A model generated the notes under the pieces. The model did no database searches, was not told the origin of the DNA, and saw only the letters and a list, made by a program, of their open reading frames with translations. Both the position numbers and the translations under genes were made by a program. From positions 1 to 64,000 of the forward strand of contig JBMNLI010000012.1 in assembly GCA_050952645.1 (NCBI GenBank): a stretch of 64,000 nt of DNA, read 5' to 3'. Origin of the DNA: Bdellovibrionota bacterium (GTDB taxonomy: Bacteria > Bdellovibrionota_C > UBA2361 > CAKMMH01). Position 1 is the first letter of the stretch. Each line of letters begins with the position of its first letter. Shown one piece after another: positions 42,523 through 53,743 of this stretch.

Positions 42523-43446
42523 ATGATGTTAGAAAAAACTACTCATATATCGGTAATGAAAAAAGAAGCCACTAAATACTTAGGAGCTAAAGAAGGTGGT
42601 GTTTTTTTAGATTGCACACTAGGCGGTGGGGGGCATACTAAAGCGCTACTTGATGCTAATAAAAACAACATTGTTTACGCAATAGATAGAGATATAAACG
42701 CAATAGAAAGAGCAAGAAAGTTTTTAAAAGATTATAAAGACAGATTATTTCTTTATAATTTTGAATTTTCTAAAGCCGATAGTGATGTTTTTAATGGCAT
42801 TAAGTTTGATGGGATTTTAGCAGATTTAGGACTTTCAACAGATCAACTAAAGGAAGATAGAGGGTTTTCTTTTAATGATGAAAGTTTCCTTGATATGAGA
42901 ATGGACAAAGAGGCTAAGCTTACTGCAAATGAAATAGTTAACGAAACTGAAAGTAAAGAGCTTTTTCGCATTTTAAAAGAAGGTGGCGTTGGAAAAGAGG
43001 CTAGTAGTATCGTAAACGTTATATTAAAAAATAGACCGATTGAGACGTCTAAAGAGCTTGCAGATATTATAAAGTCGGTTTCTTATAAATTTTTTAAAGG
43101 AAAGAAAGTCCATCCTGCAACGGTTGTGTTTCAAGCTATAAGGATAGCGGTAAATAATGAGTTTGAAGAAATAAAAAAACTCTTAAGCAACGTTCCAGAT
43201 ATGGCTAAAGCGAAAACTAGGCTAGTAGTTATAAGTTTTCATTCTCTAGAAGATAAGATAGTCGCTTCTACTATGAGACGTTGGCAAAAAGGAGAAAATG
43301 ATAACTTATCACTTATTCCGATTAAGGAAACGGCAAAAGGGTTAGGAAAGCTTATTACTAAAAAATCATTAGTGCCAAGCGATGAAGAGGTTTTAAAAAA
43401 CCCTGCATCGAGAAGTTCTTTAATGAGAGTTTTTGAGTTTTATTAA
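42523..43446 (+). CDS. rsmH: 16S rRNA m4C1402 methyltransferase
   Basis: HISVM, DCTLGGGGH, LDMRMD, FQAIRIAVN, SFHSLEDK. Confidence 0.96.
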   Translation: MMLEKTTHISVMKKEATKYLGAKEGGVFLDCTLGGGGHTKALLDANKNNIVYAIDRDINAIERARKFLKDYKDRLFLYNFEFSKADSDVFNGIKFDGILADLGLSTDQLKEDRGFSFNDESFLDMRMDKEAKLTANEIVNETESKELFRILKEGGVGKEASSIVNVILKNRPIETSKELADIIKSVSYKFFKGKKVHPATVVFQAIRIAVNNEFEEIKKLLSNVPDMAKAKTRLVVISFHSLEDKIVASTMRRWQKGENDNLSLIPIKETAKGLGKLITKKSLVPSDEEVLKNPASRSSLMRVFEFY

Positions 43447-43529
43447 ATTTTTTTAGTTAGTTTAAAAAATTTTTAAAGTTAAAAATTTTAAGTTTATTAA
43501 ATTGTAAGTTTGTAGTTTAGGAGGAGTAA

Positions 43530-43844
43530 ATGGCTGTTTGTCTTGATTATCAATCTGTTTACGTTAAAAGAGAAAAAGTAGTTGGCAATAAACTTTTAAT
43601 ATGTGCAGTTTTGTTATTGATGTCTGTGCTAATTTTTCGTGTGTGGATAAGAGCCGAAAAAGTAGCGTTAGGATACCAAATCGCAGAAGCACAAAATAAG
43701 ACTAAGGAATATAGCACTATAAAAAAAGACTTAGCAACGCAACTTTCAGTACTTAAAAGATACGATAATTTAATGGGATTAGCGCAAACGAGACTTAATT
43801 TTAATATAGAAGCTCATCCGCAAGTTTTTACAGTAGAGTATTAA
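43530..43844 (+). CDS. ftsL: cell division protein FtsL-like
   Basis: Single TM plus coiled coil between rsmH and ftsI. Confidence 0.75.
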   Translation: MAVCLDYQSVYVKREKVVGNKLLICAVLLLMSVLIFRVWIRAEKVALGYQIAEAQNKTKEYSTIKKDLATQLSVLKRYDNLMGLAQTRLNFNIEAHPQVFTVEY

Positions 43845-44094
43845 GATATTAAAAATATATTAGACGGCTTAGTGATATTAAACTTAGTGATATTAAAAAG
43901 TCCAAAGATTATAAGAGAAAGGGGGATTTTTTAAAAACTTTAAAGCAAGCATTAAGGAAGAGTTATTAAGGAAAGAGTTTAGATAAAAACATTAAGATAA
44001 AAATATTAAGTTAAAAAAAAATAATAATAAAAAACTTAAGAATAAATAAACTTAAAGAAGCGTATTAAAGTTTTAGGCGGTAAGGTTAAAGGGG

Positions 44095-45837
44095 ATGCTA
44101 TCTAAGAATAATAAGACAAGTGGCATATTTATAAGTAATAATGAAAGTCGTTATAGGGGAAAGGACTTTGAAAAAATTAGAGTAGGGCGTTCTTCTTTAA
44201 TAGTATTTTTTTCTATTATCTGGTTTTTTGCTCTCATTATAAGATTATACTACATTCAAATTTTAGATATCTATCATTTACAAGATAAAGGAGAAAATCA
44301 GCATTACAAATCTATAACTATAATGTCTGAGCGTGGCACAATTTTCGATCGCTTCCAAAAACCTATGGCAGTTTCGATAGAAGCTCCGTCGGTTTTCGTT
44401 CATCCTCATAAACTTAAAAATAAGAAAGAGGCTAGCAAAGTTTTAGCTAAAATATTATCTATGGACGAAGAAGAGATTTTAAACAAACTCGATACGAAGT
44501 CGCCTTTTGTTTGGATAAAAAGGCAGTCTTCAAGAAACGAAGCAGAAAAAATACTACAATTAAAAGATGAAGCGATTGGTGTGCAAAGAGAATTTAAAAG
44601 AATATACCCTTACTCTAGAGCTGCAAGCACTTTAATCGGAAAGGTTGGAACCGATGGTTATGGACTTTCAGGTCTAGAAGCAGTTTTTGATAAAAAGCTA
44701 AGAGGCACTTCTATAAAAGAAGTTATAGAAAAAGATGCTTTAGGAAAAACTATAAAATCAAAAGATGCAAGTTTGTTTGTAGTTCCTAAGGGAGAAGATA
44801 TAAGTATAACTATCGATGCAGATTTACAATTGATAGTAGATGAAGAAGTGCAGAATGCAAAAGAAGATTTAAATGCAAAAGCAGTTATTGCAACGATGAT
44901 CGATGCATACACGGGGGATATTTTGGCAATGAGTCAAAGTTCTAGTATAAATTTTAATGTTGATTCTATTAGCTCAAATAAGGATTTAAAAAATTTAGTA
45001 ATAGAAACCGTTTTCGAGCCTGGGTCTATATTTAAGCCCATAGTTGCAGCTATCGCTTACGATTTAGGTTATGTTAAAGAGGATGAAATGTTCGATTGTG
45101 AAAATGGTAAATATTATTATGGAGGAAAAATCATAAAAGATGCGCACCCATCTGGAGTGCTTTCTTTTAGAGATGTAGTTATAAAATCTTCAAATATTGG
45201 TATGGTAAAGATAGGTGATAGGCTAGGCAAAGAGAAGCTTTATAAAGCACTGTCGGTTTTTGGAATAGGTAAGCTTGTAGATTTAGATTTTTCTGGGCAG
45301 ACTGCAGGTATTTTTCGCAATTATAAAAATTGGGCAAAAGTAGATGTTGCCACGCATTCGTTCGGGCAAGGGGTTGCCGTAACGTCTCTTCAAATACTTA
45401 GAGCTATCGCTCCGTTTGTTAATGGGGGATATTTACCAACTCTTCGCTTGTTAAAGTCTAAGCCTATAAAAAAAGAAAAAATTATTAAAGATAAGACTGC
45501 AAACTTTATAAAAGGTGTTCTTATAGATGTAGTTAATGCTTCTTATGGAACTGGTAAAAGAGCGAGAATAGAGAATTTTGTAGTAGGCGGTAAAACTGGA
45601 ACGGCACAAAAAGCTAAAAAGGACGGGAGAGGCTATGAAGAAGGAAAATATATAGCATCTTTCGTTGGGTTTTTAGACACTACAGATTTAAATATTCCTG
45701 TAATGCCACTTCTTATAGTAAATGTAGATGAGGCAAACGCTGATAGTATTTATGGTGGTGCATTAGCAGCCCCAGTGTTTAAAAAAATTATGGGAAGAAG
45801 TATTGTGAATTTACAAAAAAGAGTGTTGTTAAATTAG
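44095..45837 (+). CDS. ftsI: PBP3 transpeptidase
   Basis: RGTIFDR, EPGSIFK, SSN, KTGTAQK. Confidence 0.93.
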   Translation: MLSKNNKTSGIFISNNESRYRGKDFEKIRVGRSSLIVFFSIIWFFALIIRLYYIQILDIYHLQDKGENQHYKSITIMSERGTIFDRFQKPMAVSIEAPSVFVHPHKLKNKKEASKVLAKILSMDEEEILNKLDTKSPFVWIKRQSSRNEAEKILQLKDEAIGVQREFKRIYPYSRAASTLIGKVGTDGYGLSGLEAVFDKKLRGTSIKEVIEKDALGKTIKSKDASLFVVPKGEDISITIDADLQLIVDEEVQNAKEDLNAKAVIATMIDAYTGDILAMSQSSSINFNVDSISSNKDLKNLVIETVFEPGSIFKPIVAAIAYDLGYVKEDEMFDCENGKYYYGGKIIKDAHPSGVLSFRDVVIKSSNIGMVKIGDRLGKEKLYKALSVFGIGKLVDLDFSGQTAGIFRNYKNWAKVDVATHSFGQGVAVTSLQILRAIAPFVNGGYLPTLRLLKSKPIKKEKIIKDKTANFIKGVLIDVVNASYGTGKRARIENFVVGGKTGTAQKAKKDGRGYEEGKYIASFVGFLDTTDLNIPVMPLLIVNVDEANADSIYGGALAAPVFKKIMGRSIVNLQKRVLLN

Positions 45838-45880
45838 TTTTAAAGAAAGATTTTTTAAATTTTAAAAAAGGTAAGTAGTA

Positions 45881-47362
45881 ATGAGTCAGCCAATTATGAT
45901 TAAAGAAATTGCAGAAGCCATTAATGGAAAGCTCGTAAATTATAGTGAAAATTTGCGAATAGATTACGTGAGTATGTCTAGTCAGCAAATAAAAGACAGC
46001 ACGCTGTTTGTTGCAATTAGAGGCTTTAGTGTTGATGGTCATAATTTTATAGATGATGCTTTTAAAAAAGGTGCTATTGCAGTAGTTTGCGAAGATGAAA
46101 GTTATTTGCATGGAAGAGTAGGGATAGTAGTAGAAAATGCTAGATATGCGTTTTCAAAGATAGCTTGTATGCATCACGGGAATCCATCATCTAGGATGTT
46201 TTTAGAGGGCGTCACTGGAACTAATGGAAAGACTACGGTTAATTGGATATTATACCATCTATATACGCTACTTAATGAGAAAGCGTTAAGGCTTGGAACT
46301 CTTGGTGCATATTCTGAAGGGTTTATAAATAAGGAGTTTGCAACGGGTATGCCCGACTCTTTAACTATACAAGGGCTCTTTGAAGATTTCGTAAATGCTA
46401 ACGGAAGTTATGGAGTGCTTGAATATACCTCTCAAGGAGGTTCTCAATATAGAGGGGATTTTCTAGAATACGACTCGGCTATTTTTACTAATCTTACGCA
46501 AGATCATTTAGATTACCATGAAACGATTGAAAATTATTTTTTAGCTAAACAAAGATTTTTTGATTTGCTTTTAGAAAGTCCTAAGAAAGATAAGAATGCG
46601 ATAATAAATATCGATTGTCCTTATGGAGAAAGATTATACGATTATTTAAAAGAAAGCGAGCTAACACTATATAGTTATGGAAGTAAAGAGGGGGCAGATA
46701 TTTATATAAAAAGTTTTGAACAAGATATTAAAGGGAGCAAGCTAGTTTTGAGTTTTTATGATGTAGATTATCTTATAGAGTCTAGTTTTATAGGAGAGTT
46801 TAATGCTCATAATATAGCTGCAGCCTTTGGGGCTTTCGTAGCAAGAACTAACGATCCGCATAAGTTTGTAGAAATATTCGAGTTTGTGCCTCCAGTTTTA
46901 GGTAGGTTAGAGCCTGTGTCGAATCCTCATTTTGGTATTTATATAGATTACGCACATACCGACGATGCGCTAAAGAATGTTCTTCAAACGCTAAGAAAAG
47001 TTGTAAGACCTGATGCGAAGCTATGGTGCGTTTTTGGTTGTGGTGGTGATAGAGATAGAACTAAGAGACCGAAGATGGCAAAGGTAGCATGTGAGCTTGC
47101 AGATAAGGTAGTTATGACTATGGATAATCCAAGAACGGAAGATCCTAATCAAATTTTATCTGATATGTTAGATGGTTGTGAAAATCCTGATATAGTAGAG
47201 TTAGATAGAAAGATTGCTATTTATGAAACTTTACATAGAATGCAAGAAGGAGATGTAGTGCTTATTGCGGGTAAAGGGCATGAAAACTACCAGATAATAG
47301 GCACTGAGAAAATTCCTTATTCTGATAAAGAAGCGGTTGAAGAAATTTTAGCTACTATGTAA
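45881..47362 (+). CDS. murE: UDP-MurNAc-tripeptide synthetase (DAP-type DNPR motif)
   Basis: GVTGTNGKTT, TNLTQDHLDYH, DYAHT, DNPR, AGKGHE. Confidence 0.95.
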   Translation: MSQPIMIKEIAEAINGKLVNYSENLRIDYVSMSSQQIKDSTLFVAIRGFSVDGHNFIDDAFKKGAIAVVCEDESYLHGRVGIVVENARYAFSKIACMHHGNPSSRMFLEGVTGTNGKTTVNWILYHLYTLLNEKALRLGTLGAYSEGFINKEFATGMPDSLTIQGLFEDFVNANGSYGVLEYTSQGGSQYRGDFLEYDSAIFTNLTQDHLDYHETIENYFLAKQRFFDLLLESPKKDKNAIINIDCPYGERLYDYLKESELTLYSYGSKEGADIYIKSFEQDIKGSKLVLSFYDVDYLIESSFIGEFNAHNIAAAFGAFVARTNDPHKFVEIFEFVPPVLGRLEPVSNPHFGIYIDYAHTDDALKNVLQTLRKVVRPDAKLWCVFGCGGDRDRTKRPKMAKVACELADKVVMTMDNPRTEDPNQILSDMLDGCENPDIVELDRKIAIYETLHRMQEGDVVLIAGKGHENYQIIGTEKIPYSDKEAVEEILATM

Positions 47363-47475
47363 AGTAATATATGTAAAATATTATACGTAAAATTAAATAA
47401 AATAAGTTAAATAAAAAAAGTTAAATAAAATTAAGTTAAGAAAAAAATTAAACGAATTTAAGGTGTGAAAAAAAT

Positions 47476-48555
47476 ATGTTATACAATTGGCTATATACCT
47501 TTCATCAAGATTATTCATTTTTTAATGTATTTAAGTATCAAAGTTTTAAAGCGATGTCCGCTTTTTTATTCTCATTTTTTCTTGTGCTATTTATCCAGCC
47601 AAGGCTAATAAATTGGTTAAAAAAACAAGGATTAAAAGGACAACCTATAAGAGAAAATGGGCCTAAGTCGCATCAAGCAAAATCTGGCACTCCTACGATG
47701 GGGGGATTGTCTATAATCTTTGCGATAATCGTCTCGATGTTTCTTTTTACAGATATTACGAATTTGTACGTTATTCTTTCGATTTTTGTGCTTATCTCTT
47801 ACGCAATATTAGGTTTTGTAGATGATTGGAGAAAAGTCACGAAACAAAACACTAAGGGAGTTTCAGGAAAGGTAAAGATTTTTTGGCAAGTGTTAATAGC
47901 TACAATCTTTGCAAGCGTTTTAGTTTACAATGGTTTTTCGACTGAATTACATTTCCCATTTTTTAAGCATTTTTATATCGACTTAGGATATTTTTTCATT
48001 CCTTTTGCAGTATTAGTTATAGTTGGAACATCTAATGCGGCAAACCTTACAGATGGTTTAGACGGGCTTGCGATAGGTCCTATAATGACCGTAGCTCTTT
48101 TATACGTTATATTAACTTACATAGCAGGACATAGTGAGCTTGCAAAATACTTATCAGTTTTTTATTTACCACAAGCTGGTGAACTTAGCATTCTTCTTAC
48201 CTCTCTTATAGCTACTGGGTTAGGTTTCCTATGGTATAATACTTTCCCTGCAACAGTTTTTATGGGAGATTTAGGCTCGCTTTCTCTAGGAGCGTTTTTA
48301 GGGGCTATCGCAGTTTTAATAAAGCAAGAGCTTTTATTAGTTATTGCTGCTGGAGTTTTCGTAGTTGAAGCGTTATCAGTGATTATTCAAGTATATTACT
48401 TTAGGCTTAGTGGTGGAAAGAGAGTGTTTAAGATGGCTCCTATTCATCACCATTTTGAGTTAAAGGGGCTTTCTGAACCTAAGCTTATAGTTAGATTTTG
48501 GATAGTCTCAATACTGCTTGCAGTTATTTCGCTAGCAACATTAAAATTAAGGTAA
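47476..48555 (+). CDS. mraY: phospho-MurNAc-pentapeptide transferase
   Basis: GTPTMGG, NLTDGLDGLA, FMGDLGS, MAPIHHHFE. Confidence 0.97.
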   Translation: MLYNWLYTFHQDYSFFNVFKYQSFKAMSAFLFSFFLVLFIQPRLINWLKKQGLKGQPIRENGPKSHQAKSGTPTMGGLSIIFAIIVSMFLFTDITNLYVILSIFVLISYAILGFVDDWRKVTKQNTKGVSGKVKIFWQVLIATIFASVLVYNGFSTELHFPFFKHFYIDLGYFFIPFAVLVIVGTSNAANLTDGLDGLAIGPIMTVALLYVILTYIAGHSELAKYLSVFYLPQAGELSILLTSLIATGLGFLWYNTFPATVFMGDLGSLSLGAFLGAIAVLIKQELLLVIAAGVFVVEALSVIIQVYYFRLSGGKRVFKMAPIHHHFELKGLSEPKLIVRFWIVSILLAVISLATLKLR

Positions 48556-48566
48556 AAGTCGATCTT

Positions 48567-48635
48567 CTTTTGGGCTTCGTCGAGGTGAGTGATACTAATT
48601 TTAAGGTCTAAAATCCATTTAAAACGTAAAGAGCC
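48567..48635. mobile_element. right half of MITE family A
   Basis: GGGCTTCGTCGAGGTGAGTGATACTAATTTTAAGGTCTAAAATCCATTTAAAACGTAAAGAGCC. Confidence 0.8.
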
Positions 48636-48638
48636 AAG

Positions 48639-48702
48639 AATTTATAAAACAAATAATTTATGAAACAAAGAATTTATGAAACAAAGAATTTATGAAACAA
48701 AG
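48639..48702 (+). repeat. 16-bp tandem repeat AATTTATGAAACAAAG x3 plus one degenerate copy, over the ftsW start
   Basis: Units at 48655, 48671 and 48687; degenerate copy at 48639. Confidence 0.9.
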
Positions 48703-49820
48703 AATAAGTTATAGAGATAAAAATTTAAAAACGCCTTTTTTGTTAGAGCCTGCTATCGTTATATTAGTAATGGTTTTAAGCTTCTTTGGCTTAATTATGA
48801 TTTATTCTACAAAGTCTGTAACTGATAGTGAGAATTTATATTTTTTTAAGCAACTAAATGCTGTGATAGTTGGCATTGTATTGATGTTTCTAGTGTCGAG
48901 AGTGAAGATTAGATTTTTATATAAAATTTCTAAATCTATGCTTCCTCTTTTAATAATTTTTATGCTCTTACCGCTAATCCCAGGAATTGGAAGTGATGCT
49001 GGAGGGGCTCAGCGCTGGGCAAAGATAGGTTTTTTTAGATTTCAGCCAGGGGAGTTTGTAAAAATATTTTTTATCATATACTTAGCTGGTTATTATGCTA
49101 GACATGAAGATAAGATAGAAGAATTTTTAGGAGGGTTAATAAATCCGCTTTTACTAATTTCGCTAGTTGGAGGACTGTTTTTACTACAGCCAGATTTAGG
49201 AAGTGCTATAATAGTAGTAGGAGCTAGCCTTACAGTGGCATTTGCAGTAGGGGGTTTCTTTAAGGTATTTTTTGTTAGGTGCCATATTGTTTGGTGTAGC
49301 AGGAGTTTTTGCTATTATTTCTGCTCCTTATAGAATGAAAAGAATTGAGGCTTTTTTTCATCCTTTTGAAGATACATCGGGGAAAGCTTACCAGTTAGTG
49401 CAATCTCTTATAACTATCGCTGGTGGTGGATTTAGTGGAGTTGGCTTAGGAAACAGTCAGCAGAAATTACATTTTTTACCAGCTTCGCATACAGATTTTA
49501 TATTTGCGGTAGTAGCGGAAGAGTTAGGTTTTTTAGGTGCTATAACGCTAATGACGTTATTTATATGTTTATTTTATCAATGTATGAAAATTGTAAGAAA
49601 AACTACTCATGATACGTTTGCATATTCGCTATCTATCGGCTTAACGTCGTTAATTTTTATTCCTGCCTTTTTTAATTTTGGTGTAGTTACGGGAATGCTA
49701 CCTACTAAAGGGCTAGTGCTACCTTTTATAGGCTACGGTGGGTCTAATATAATAGCTACCTTTTTAATAGTAGGCTTGTTATTAGCCATAGTTAGAGGCG
49801 TATATAAAAGAGAGATATAG
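48692..49820 (+). CDS. ftsW: SEDS protein FtsW, apparent frameshift ~49255
   Basis: GAQRW, FQPGEFVK, QPDLG; then YQLVQS, LPASHTDFIF, GLVLPFIGYGGS. Confidence 0.9.
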
Positions 49821-49910
49821 AGATATAAAAAAGAAATATAGCGTAATGCTACTTCTCTGTGTAGGGAGGATATATCTTTTAAGTTCTTATTTTCTTTTTT
49901 GTTTTTTTAT

Positions 49911-50810
49911 TTATCTTTCTTTTACGAAATCTTTTATTAAATCTTTCGCTTTAGTTTCTTTAAAATCGTTAAATAAATTTTTAGAAATCTCAAAATCCCA
50001 AGGCATATTAGAAACTTTTACAATATATTTATCATCGATTTTCTTAAAACTTAATGTGATAAGCGTTTCAGTTTCTTTTAATACATCTATTTTAAAATCA
50101 GGGGCATCTAGTTTTATTTTATCGACGCTTAGTATATCTAAAAATTTTAAAGAGAATAATTTATTTAAAAGAAAATCCATTTTTTCTTCATCTATAACTT
50201 TTTTATCTTCTAATTTATCAATCGTAAATTTTTCTCCATCTTTAATAATAGAAAACGAGTTAAAAGATACTTTCGTAACTAATTCTTTTGAAAAACCTAA
50301 GAAATCTTTTTGATACCACGAGGTTACATCTACTCCTAAATCAAACTTTGATAAATTAGCTACAAAGCTATCTTTACTATTTTTATTTCTTATATAGACT
50401 TTTTTAAATTCTGGAGTATCGCCTAAATAAAGAGTATCTAGTTTTTCATTTTCAAATAAAGCAATTTCTTCTACGTGTTTCTTTTCAGTTAGCTTAAATT
50501 TTTCTAATGCATTTTCACTAGTTCCAACTCGTCTGATTTCATGCGTATTAAAAACGGCATTTAGAATATTGCTAACTTTTTCTTGAGAAGCTGGAAATTT
50601 AAACTTATCTTTTAAAAGCCAAATATCGTTTTCTTTTATAAGTTCTAATTTTTCTTTATCTTCCTTAAGTATTATTTTAGTAATATTTTCTTTTTTTAAG
50701 TGTGATAGAGCGTGTTTATCTTTAACGTTTTTACTAGTTGGGTATGTTAAAAAAATAAGTAGCACTATTTGTAAAAGTAATGTAATTTTTAAAAATTTTT
50801 CTAAATTCAT
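49911..50810 (-). CDS. DUF4340-like protein (partner of the Gld-type ABC module)
   Basis: N-terminal TM; typical position after GldG. Confidence 0.7.
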   Translation of the reverse strand: MNLEKFLKITLLLQIVLLIFLTYPTSKNVKDKHALSHLKKENITKIILKEDKEKLELIKENDIWLLKDKFKFPASQEKVSNILNAVFNTHEIRRVGTSENALEKFKLTEKKHVEEIALFENEKLDTLYLGDTPEFKKVYIRNKNSKDSFVANLSKFDLGVDVTSWYQKDFLGFSKELVTKVSFNSFSIIKDGEKFTIDKLEDKKVIDEEKMDFLLNKLFSLKFLDILSVDKIKLDAPDFKIDVLKETETLITLSFKKIDDKYIVKVSNMPWDFEISKNLFNDFKETKAKDLIKDFVKER

Positions 50811-50857
50811 TTATAATTTCTCCTTGTTTTTTTATTTTATATATTTTTTCTCAACTA

Positions 50858-53741
50858 TTAATCAATTATCAATTTTAATTCTTTTAACTTTGAATTTCTT
50901 TTTAATTTATAAATTATATAGCATAGGAGCAGTAGCCCAAACGCTATCGTATAATTTAATATTTCATAAAATTCTTTCTGAGATTTCGATATGGGTTTTA
51001 GAGTCTCTGAAAAATTAGTTTTTCCACGAATACTTAAAAGTGTTTTATCTTCTAGAGACCAATCTATCGTGTTTTCTATAAGTTTAAGTGAGTTCATATA
51101 ACGGCTAGAACCAGTGCTAGCAGAAACTCTTAATGTGCTATCTTCTACAAACTCATTAGATGCAAAAATGATAATTTTTGAAGATGACGGAGAGTGAGTG
51201 ATAAAAGATACTATATCTCCTTTATTATTTTCATTATCATTTCCATTATCATTTTTATTTTCTTTATCTTCTTTTTTATTATCTTTTGCAAATGGGTTTT
51301 CTTTTTCATTAAAGTAAGAAGGAAAATTCCCCTCGATAATATATCCTAACGTAAATGGACCTTTTTTATCGGTCTGTCTAAAGCCCCAAGTAGGAAATAA
51401 AATAAAGTTAGGCTCTAAGTCTGTAGTTTCTAAAGCCCAAGATGTTTTTGAACTCCTAAGGAGTGGCACTACTTTTCTGTCCTTATTTTTTTTCTTTATC
51501 TATCTTTATCTCATTTGTAAAGTTAAGCGTAACTTGCGTAATACCAGATGAGATTCCGACGTCTTTATTTAAATCTCTTACATCAACGTATATAGGGTAA
51601 GGAATCATTTTTAACTCCTGCACGACTATGCCACCTAAATTTCCTATTTATAGGCACTGGATAATTTTCATTGTTCTCATCTAAAACGAGTTCCTTGTCA
51701 AACGTAATACCGTGATGAGTAAACCATTTTTCTAGTCCAGTGTTAAGAGAGGTAATAGAAACGCTATTTTGCGTTCTAGTAGTTTGGTGAGTGGCAGTGT
51801 TAAATATTACGCTTCCTCCTTTCATTAAAAATTGGTCTATGGCATATACCGCCTTTTCACCGTATTCACTAGGAGCGTTTATTAAAAGTATATCGACATC
51901 TTCTGGCACTATACCGCTTTCTAAATCTATAACTTTTGTTTTGTAAGTCTCTTGAAGTTTTTGCATCAATATTTGATAGCTTTTTCCCGTTCTAGTATAT
52001 CCGTAAGCCCCCATATTAAAGTTCGTTTTAGGAGAACTTACGCCAACTGTTTTTATATAACCTTTTGAAAATCTTTTTAAGGTATTGTCGATGCTTTGCT
52101 CTAGGCTAGCTTTTTGATAATCGTTTGGAAGCATCACGGCGTGAGTTTCAGTTTTATTATCTAAAAGCATATAAAAATAAAAAGCATTATTACTTAAAAG
52201 GCTTCCTACCATCGGTTTAAATCCGTAGCGTTCGTAAAGTTCTTTTGCGATTTCTTTATTTGGCTCTATAAATTTGTATTGAAACTTTGTAGGAGCTTTG
52301 GCTTTTAAGTCTTCTAAAATATCTTTTAGGTCGTTTTTTAATACTTTTAAAGTATCTGGCAGAACCGCATCGGAGGAAATATAGGCGTTAAATGTGATAG
52401 GAGTTGAGAGCTCTTTAAAAATAGTATTTATATCCTTAAACTCGAAAAGCACTTTTTTTATTGAGCGAGTGATATCATACTCAGGGTTTTTTTAAAAGCA
52501 CCTCTATATCCGTTTCATCGTTTACCTTTATCTCTATTAAGTCTTGAAAATTTAGCGTTTCAAATTTATCGCCATACTCTACTAAAATATCGAAATATGA
52601 GCTAACTAAGGAAGCTTCGTATTTATCTGCTACTTGAAACGGAATAGACCTAATGCCATATTTAGTGTTTGCTAGTTTTTCTTCTTCTTGGTTATCGATA
52701 GGGTCTATAAGCTCGATTTCTATTTTTCCTTTTCCTGCAACCTTGTATTCTTTTATTAAATCTTTTAATTGTGGAACTAGTGGAGATAAAAGAGGGGTGA
52801 GTTTTTTTACTAAAATAACCTTTAATAATTAGTGGCTCTTCTAAGTTCTCTATAATATCTTTTGTTGCACTCGAGATTGAGTATCTTTTGTCTTTCGTTA
52901 AGTCTACTCTCAAAAAATTTACGTAGTTTAAACAGAAATTAAAAAGAAAAACATTAGCTATAATTAGAAAAAATAATTTATTAGTTTTTAAATGGTTTTG
53001 ATTTTTTTTTATCCCAAGAAAAACTTTCTAGTGTGTAGAGATTTAATGTTAAAAATATAATAGTAAGTGATAAGTAGTAATAAATATCTCTTATATCGAG
53101 AACGCCTCTAGTAATCGCCTCAAACCTAGAGCCACTTCCGATAAGTCTTAGTGTATCGGCGGTGCTACTACTAAATAGCGAGGTAAAAAAATTAGAGCCT
53201 AGCAAGTAAAAGATAGATAGTATTAAGATAGATGTTATAAGGCTTACTATTTGATTGTCTGTTTTTGCACTTACGTAAAGCCCAAGGGCGATGTAGAAGC
53301 TAGCAAGAAAAATGCAGGCTATATATGCGCCTATAACTGGCCCTAAGTCGAGATTTCCAAAAGTAGAAACGGTGATAGGAATTCCTATGGTCATAAAAAG
53401 ACAAAGTATTACTAGGCAAAGGCAAGCAAAGAATTTTCCCATCACAAAGTTAAGTCTATCTTTCGGGCTACTAAATAAAATTTCCAAGGTGCCTGCTCTT
53501 TTTTCTTCGCTCCACATCTTCATAGTTAAAGCCGACACTAGGAATATTAGTGAGATAGGAAGCCACGCAAATAGTGGTTTTATATCTGCGATATTTCTTG
53601 CAAAAAAACTTTCTACCCAAAAGAATGCGAAAAGGTTTACTGCAAGAAAACAAAATATAAATATGTAAGCTATCGATGATGAGAATAATGATTTTTAGTT
53701 CTTTGTAAAAGATACTTTTTGAGTTTTTTTAGTATGTCCAT
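50858..53741 (-). CDS. fused GldF-like ABC permease / GldG-like protein, broken by multiple apparent frameshifts
   Basis: EEKRAGTLE, KTDNQI, RGVLDIRD (GldF-like); RVDLTKDKRYSIS, AIDQFLMKGG, NTIDW (GldG-like); frames rejoin mostly across homopolymers. Confidence 0.75.
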
Positions 53742-53743
53742 AT

